Position numbers and translations under genes: made by a program | Notes under the pieces: generated by a model | Told to the model about the DNA's origin: nothing | The model's input: the letters and a program-made list of their open reading frames with translations, nothing else | The model's database searches: none | Source: Promethearchaeum syntrophicum | GTDB lineage: Archaea; Asgardarchaeota; Lokiarchaeia; Sigyniarchaeales; Promethearchaeaceae | Reading direction: 5' to 3' | Length of the DNA stretch: 32,000 nucleotides | Assembly: GCF_008000775.2 (NCBI RefSeq) | Contig: NZ_CP042905.2 | Coordinates: 3,450,001-3,482,000, forward strand | Shown: positions 27,629 through 32,000 of the stretch, piece after piece | Layout of the letters: each line of letters begins with the position of its first letter | How positions within the stretch are numbered: position 1 is the stretch's first letter

Positions 27629-28949
27629 GATGTTCACCTTTTTGCATTTGAATATATTCTGAAACCTTAGCAGCAGCCCCAGAAGCATTAATAACCGAAT
27701 GTGGAATATCCATTGGGCCTAAACACGATCCACAAGCGAAAATTCCAGGAATGTTCGTATTTACTGGATGATCAATTGAACTTTTTACAAAATCAAATTC
27801 ATCCTGCTCAACACCTAACACTTTAGCTAATTTATTATGATTTCTAGTTGGGATCATCGCGCAAGCTAATATTACAAGACCGACCTTTTTTGTTTGGACT
27901 TCAAATGTATCTAAATTTTCATAATGTAATATCGGATTATCATTCTCATCAATCGTTATTTCAGCAATCTTACCCCTTATATATTTCACACCATATTCAT
28001 CCTTCGCTCGTTTAATATATTTTTGAAAACCTTTTCCCCCAGCACGAAGATCTATATAAAATATTGTTGAATTCATCTCTTCATCATGTTCTCTTGAAAG
28101 AATTGCATGTTTAGTTGAATAGGTACAACATATTGAAGAACAATAAGAATTCGTATTTACGTCTCTGGAACCCACACATTGAACGAAAGCTATAGTTTTA
28201 GGATGTTTATTATCTGATAATCTTGTTATATGCCCCTCGGTTGGTCCTGAAGCGCTAATCATTCTTTCATATTCTAAACCAGTTATAACATTTTTATATT
28301 TTTTATATCCATAAATATGCAGAGGAGTAGGATCATACTGATTTGAACCACTGGCCATTATAATAGCATCAGAGTTTAAGGTATAGTTAGTATCTGTTTG
28401 AGTAAAATCAATAGCATCCTTTGGACAAACATCTTGGCAAAAACCACATACTTTTTTTTCCTTATTCTTATTTTTTAAATATAGACATTTCTCCTTATCA
28501 ATTGCCATAACTGCGGGAACACCTTGAAGATAATAAAGATAGATAGCTTTTCTTTTACGCATTTTCATATCGAATACATCTAGCACTTTTGAAGGACATT
28601 TTTGAACACAAAGACCACAATTAATGCATTTTTCCTCATTAACAAAACGTGCTTTTTTTAGCACATTTACTATGAAACCATCCTTTTTCTTTGATATTTC
28701 TTGAACTTGAGTTAAACTATGTATCTTAACATTCGGGTGGCGGAAACAATCTGAGAGTTTTGGGGCTAAAATACAGATGGAGCAATCGTTAGTTGGAAGA
28801 GTTTTATCCAGTTGAGCCATCCTCCCCCCAATGCAGGGTTCTTGTTCTATTAAATCCACATGATACCCCATATCACCTAAATCAAGGGATGATTGAATTC
28901 CCGCAATCCCACCACCTATAACCATCACTTTTTTAACATTTTCTTTCAA
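27621..28949 (-). CDS. hdrA: HdrA-like N-half module (QmoA/HdrA-like FAD + ferredoxin-insert protein) as a separate ORF
   Basis: 442 aa; VMVIGGGIAGIQSSLDLGDMGYHVDLIEQEPCIGGRMAQLDKTLPTNDCSICILAPKLSDC, KCINCGLCVQKCP, KCLYLKNKNKEKKVCGFCQDVCPKDA; collinear with residues about 1-445 of the fused HdrA. Confidence 0.9.
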   Translation of the reverse strand: MKENVKKVMVIGGGIAGIQSSLDLGDMGYHVDLIEQEPCIGGRMAQLDKTLPTNDCSICILAPKLSDCFRHPNVKIHSLTQVQEISKKKDGFIVNVLKKARFVNEEKCINCGLCVQKCPSKVLDVFDMKMRKRKAIYLYYLQGVPAVMAIDKEKCLYLKNKNKEKKVCGFCQDVCPKDAIDFTQTDTNYTLNSDAIIMASGSNQYDPTPLHIYGYKKYKNVITGLEYERMISASGPTEGHITRLSDNKHPKTIAFVQCVGSRDVNTNSYCSSICCTYSTKHAILSREHDEEMNSTIFYIDLRAGGKGFQKYIKRAKDEYGVKYIRGKIAEITIDENDNPILHYENLDTFEVQTKKVGLVILACAMIPTRNHNKLAKVLGVEQDEFDFVKSSIDHPVNTNIPGIFACGSCLGPMDIPHSVINASGAAAKVSEYIQMQKGEHHG

Positions 28950-28976
28950 TTTATTAAGCCTCCTTTCTCAATATTT

Positions 28977-29897
28977 TTACTCTGTCGAAATTATTTTCAG
29001 CTCTTGCAACAATTTTTTTGGTTTATTTCCGTGAAATTTCAAACCTAATTCTTTATAATTGTATCCTAGTGCCAAAGCTACTAATTCTGTTAGATATAAA
29101 ACAGGAAATTTAAATTCTGTTCCAAATATCTTATTTACTGCTTTCTGTTGATAATCAAATTGTAAAAAGCATGAAGGACATACGACTGTTATACAATTTA
29201 CACCTGCATTTTTCATAGCAGTAAGTTTATTATGAAGAAGTTTATACCCAAGATCTTTATCAGTTTTTAAAAGAGGACTACCACAACACATCAATTTTGT
29301 TTCAAAGTCAAGACTTTCTGCCCCTAAAACCCGAACTATCTCATCAACAGTTGTAGGTTCAAACGGATCATCCCATTGAATAATATCTGAAGGGCTTAAG
29401 AAATGACACCCATAGTGAACTGCAACTTTTAATCCATTCAAAGGTTTAACAATTTTAGTTTTAAGATTGTCAAGATTCTCATATAATAGTTGTGCTCCGT
29501 GTTTTACTTCAACCCTTCCATCTAATTTTGTATCAATTTTTGATAGATTCTCATTAACCTCAATCATTTTTTCAGGTTCTTTAGCTAAAATATGATCTAC
29601 CATCTTTAATGTTTCAACACAGCCAGAACAGAGACTAATTATATCATCTTTTTTATTTTCAACCAGGGTTAAATTTCTTGCCCCTAAAGTTAACCAAGCT
29701 GTTTGATCTACCGCAGGAATTCCCGTTGGATCTGGACAGCATGAAGCTCCCTCCATATTGGTCAATTTAATATCTAAATCTTCGAATACTTTTTTCGCAG
29801 AACTTTCTATAAATGGCAACCTAGCTGGAATCACGCAACCTAAAAACAATTTATGATTGAGATCACTTTTAATATTACTTTTAGTTTTTCCACTCAT
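28977..29897 (-). CDS. hdrB: heterodisulfide reductase subunit B
   Basis: Two CCG domains: FLGCVIP...ASCCPDPTG...LCSGC and HYGCHFLSP...MCCGSPLLKT...CPSC. Confidence 0.93.
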   Translation of the reverse strand: MSGKTKSNIKSDLNHKLFLGCVIPARLPFIESSAKKVFEDLDIKLTNMEGASCCPDPTGIPAVDQTAWLTLGARNLTLVENKKDDIISLCSGCVETLKMVDHILAKEPEKMIEVNENLSKIDTKLDGRVEVKHGAQLLYENLDNLKTKIVKPLNGLKVAVHYGCHFLSPSDIIQWDDPFEPTTVDEIVRVLGAESLDFETKLMCCGSPLLKTDKDLGYKLLHNKLTAMKNAGVNCITVVCPSCFLQFDYQQKAVNKIFGTEFKFPVLYLTELVALALGYNYKELGLKFHGNKPKKLLQELKIISTE

Positions 29898-30424
29898 TAT
29901 TTTCCACCATCTTTTTCGGTTTTTGTTGGAGCCTCGAAACGGAGTAACTTATCAAATCCAATGCTTTTCAACAAAGTATTAATTTCTTTGGGATCTGCGG
30001 TTTTATATTCTTCAAGGCCTAATTGCCCCCTCCTCTTCATTATGGGATCGGAAAATGGCAAAGCAATTCCAGTTTCTAATACGCTTATCGCTTGAGAGTT
30101 GAATGCATCGGGAATTTTTCCCGCTTTCACACAGGAATTTTTTATCACGTCAAAAATTTCTGTTAATTCAACTTTTTGTGGACAAACCTCTACACATTTC
30201 TGACATGTAAGGCAATACCAAACATTAGGTTGTTGGAGATTGATTAATTTGTCCTTTAAACCGAGAAGCGAGGCTTCAATAAGTTTACGTGGATTAAAAT
30301 CTCCGTTAGTAAGTTGAGCCACAGGGCAAATACCGGTACACGTAGCACATTGATAACAATAATTCAATGATGCATTAAAACCCCGGATTTGGTTTCTAAA
30401 ATCATAATCGATGGTTAGAGTCAT
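29897..30424 (-). CDS. hdrC: heterodisulfide reductase subunit C
   Basis: CYQCATCTGICPVAQLTNGDFNPRKLIEASLLG and CLTCQKCVEVCPQKVEL; preferred start MTLTIDYDF at 30424 (track start 30466) after GAAGGGATATTA. Confidence 0.92.
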   Translation of the reverse strand: MTLTIDYDFRNQIRGFNASLNYCYQCATCTGICPVAQLTNGDFNPRKLIEASLLGLKDKLINLQQPNVWYCLTCQKCVEVCPQKVELTEIFDVIKNSCVKAGKIPDAFNSQAISVLETGIALPFSDPIMKRRGQLGLEEYKTADPKEINTLLKSIGFDKLLRFEAPTKTEKDGGK

Positions 30425-30793
30425 TAATATCCCTTCATTTTTTTTATGTAAATAATTGATCATCAATAAAATATATCTTGTTCAAAGTGATCAAAAATTC
30501 TACAAATATATGTAAATATATCAGTAAATACATTCTTAAATCTTTTTAATTGATTTTTCACTATAAATCGTAAAAAACATTGAGTATAATTACAGATTTC
30601 AATCAAAATTTTCAATTTCGTTATTTTTTTTGTCTATTATGATCATAAATCAAGGTTTTCGTGACAAAAATGCCAAATAATAATAATTTTAACTTTGATA
30701 AAAATCAATGTTTCAGTAATACTTTTGCTAAATTATTATAATCAAATATATTAATATGCTCAAAGTATTCTAATCTATACGAAAGTGATTTTT

Positions 30794-31183
30794 ATGGTGA
30801 AAAAAGAAGTAATTAAAGGAAGAGCCCCATTTAGTGATGCAGTAAAGGTGGGACATTCTGTCTTTATCTCTGGTCAAATTCCCAAAGACCCAATAAAAGG
30901 AGGTTGGGCGGATAACATTAGAGACCAGACAACTCAATGCCTTGAAAATATTAAAAATATTCTTCAAAAAGCAGGAGGAAATGTTTCTGATATTGTCAAA
31001 ATAACAATTTTTCTGACAAATATTGAGAACTATGGTGGAATGAATGAGGCTTTTATAGACTTCTTCAAAAAAAATAAAATCGAAGAAGATTTCCCTGCTA
31101 GAACCGCAATTCAAGCAGGTCCGCTCTTTTATAGAGAATGGCTTATCGAAATCGAAGCAGTGGCTATTATTCAAGAAATTTAA
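30794..31183 (+). CDS. ridA: RidA/YjgF-family reactive-intermediate deaminase-like protein
   Basis: AVKVGHSVFISGQIPKDP...QTTQCLENIKNILQKAGGNVSDIVKITIFLTNIENYGGMNEAFIDFF...PARTAIQAGPLF...LIEIEAVA. Track start is 30785 (GTG). Confidence 0.92.
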   Translation: MVKKEVIKGRAPFSDAVKVGHSVFISGQIPKDPIKGGWADNIRDQTTQCLENIKNILQKAGGNVSDIVKITIFLTNIENYGGMNEAFIDFFKKNKIEEDFPARTAIQAGPLFYREWLIEIEAVAIIQEI

Positions 31184-31347
31184 GTTATCAAATTTTTTTG
31201 CCTTTTCTTATTGAATATTTCATTAAAACGTTTGGAAAAACAAAAATGTTTCAATTTAAGCCCCAGTTCAAACCAGTCCGCTACATTTCATGAATAGAAA
31301 ATGGAAATTAAAGTTATAGCTATTATCAAGATTTGAAACTTACTTAT

Positions 31348-31608
31348 TTATTTTTTCTTTTTGGGAGTAAATCCATGACACGAATCTAAATTTTTAAGAG
31401 GACCCCCCCATAATTCACAATACCCTATTGCTTCAGGATTGGTTAAGCAAAATTCATGGACATTATCTTGTATTCCTTCAGTTTGACAATTAAAGAAATA
31501 ATAACAATCACCGCAACTACATAAATTTACTTTTTCATTCATCTGCATTTCAATCACATTTTTATAATCATTAATTTGCATTTTAATCACATTTTTAATA
31601 TTGATCAT
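31348..31608 (-). CDS. small Cys-rich protein, possible metal-binding
   Basis: LCSCGDCYYFFNCQTEGIQDNVHEFCLTNPEAIGYCELWGGPLKNLDSCHGF; an alternative start MNEKVNLC at 31542 is plausible. Confidence 0.5.
   Translation of the reverse strand: MINIKNVIKMQINDYKNVIEMQMNEKVNLCSCGDCYYFFNCQTEGIQDNVHEFCLTNPEAIGYCELWGGPLKNLDSCHGFTPKKKK
31544..31598. repeat. two imperfect direct repeats of 21 bp spaced 34 bp start-to-start
   Basis: tgcatttcaatcacattttta (31544-31564) and tgcattttaatcacattttta (31578-31598), 20/21 identical. Confidence 0.6.
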
Positions 31609-31703
31609 TTACTATAATAAGGTTTATTAATTTATAGAAAAAAAATCAAATATTTAATACTAATGCATAATATTAACCATTTTTTAAAATACATTCGTTT
31701 TTT

Positions 31704-32000
31704 TTACATAAAATTATCGGAAATGATAATTAAACCCGTAGGAATTAACCTTTCCGATCGATACACGGAAATACAAAATTTATCACTCAGTTTTATTCTC
31801 GGCTGATTAATTAAACGATTATCCTCTATGAGAGTACTTGAAGCACCGCCATCTAAATTTAATATAATTGTAAAATTTAAGCGCTTTATTATTTGACAAC
31901 ATTCTTCCAAGAATAATCCCGCCCTATTACACGTTCTCCCATCAACTACAAGAAAGAAATAATTTTTATCATTAAAACCCAAAATTGTTTGGAGATGTGG
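31704..32000 (-). CDS. phosphodiester glycosidase (NAGPA)-family protein, C-terminal part (5' part beyond the right edge)
   Basis: Open frame continues to the edge: HLQTILGFNDKNYFFLVVDGRTCNRAGLFLEECCQIIKRLNFTIILNLDGGASSTLIEDNRLINQP; VVDGR and NLDGGxSS motifs typical of the family. Confidence 0.85.
   Translation of the reverse strand, partial: PHLQTILGFNDKNYFFLVVDGRTCNRAGLFLEECCQIIKRLNFTIILNLDGGASSTLIEDNRLINQPRIKLSDKFCISVYRSERLIPTGLIIISDNFM

Noticed and set aside
27621-27688. Frameshift or pseudogene interpretation of the split HdrA
   Set aside because: The downstream ORF has its own ATG and a GGTGA SD-like sequence at good spacing, and both ORFs have complete domains, so a true split gene is more likely, although raw reads should confirm it.
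30770-31174. 134-aa minus-strand ORF antisense to ridA
   Set aside because: RidA on the plus strand is unmistakable; the antisense translation has no coherent domain.
1-32000. Search by eye for CRISPR arrays, tRNA/rRNA genes and transposases
   Set aside because: No regular repeat-spacer pattern, T-loop GTTCRANTC box with cloverleaf context, or transposase-like ORF was recognised; a tRNAscan-SE/Rfam run would be needed for certainty.

Overview
The window is AT-rich archaeal DNA whose gene content points to an Asgard (Promethearchaeota-type) archaeon: a Vps4-like MIT+AAA ATPase (partial, left edge), two close ESCRT-III/Snf7-family paralogues, and two surface proteins that appear to carry a cytoplasmic roadblock/longin-like domain. 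This lineage assignment is inference. The most notable locus is a minus-strand run of 10 genes (about 18655-30424): hdrC-hdrB-hdrA(N-half)-hdrA(C-half)-mvhD(long)-hdrA(fused double)-mvhD(short)-flxC-like-flxB-like-flxA-like. It looks like an Flx-Hdr (NAD(P)H-linked heterodisulfide-reductase-type) electron-bifurcating complex in which the [HdrA+MvhD] module is present twice, once as two split ORFs and once as one 1002-aa fusion. Other points of interest are: an SDR protein with a eukaryote-like 3-ketodihydrosphingosine reductase signature; a shared upstream motif with inverted-repeat character next to both roadblock-like surface-protein genes, one of which seems to need a non-ATG start inside its signal peptide; ESCRT-III paralogues on either side of an M3 oligopeptidase; and a Trm11/TrmG10-like methyltransferase with an atypical motif IV. 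No tRNA, rRNA, CRISPR array or transposon was recognised. Everything was read by eye; no database search was run.
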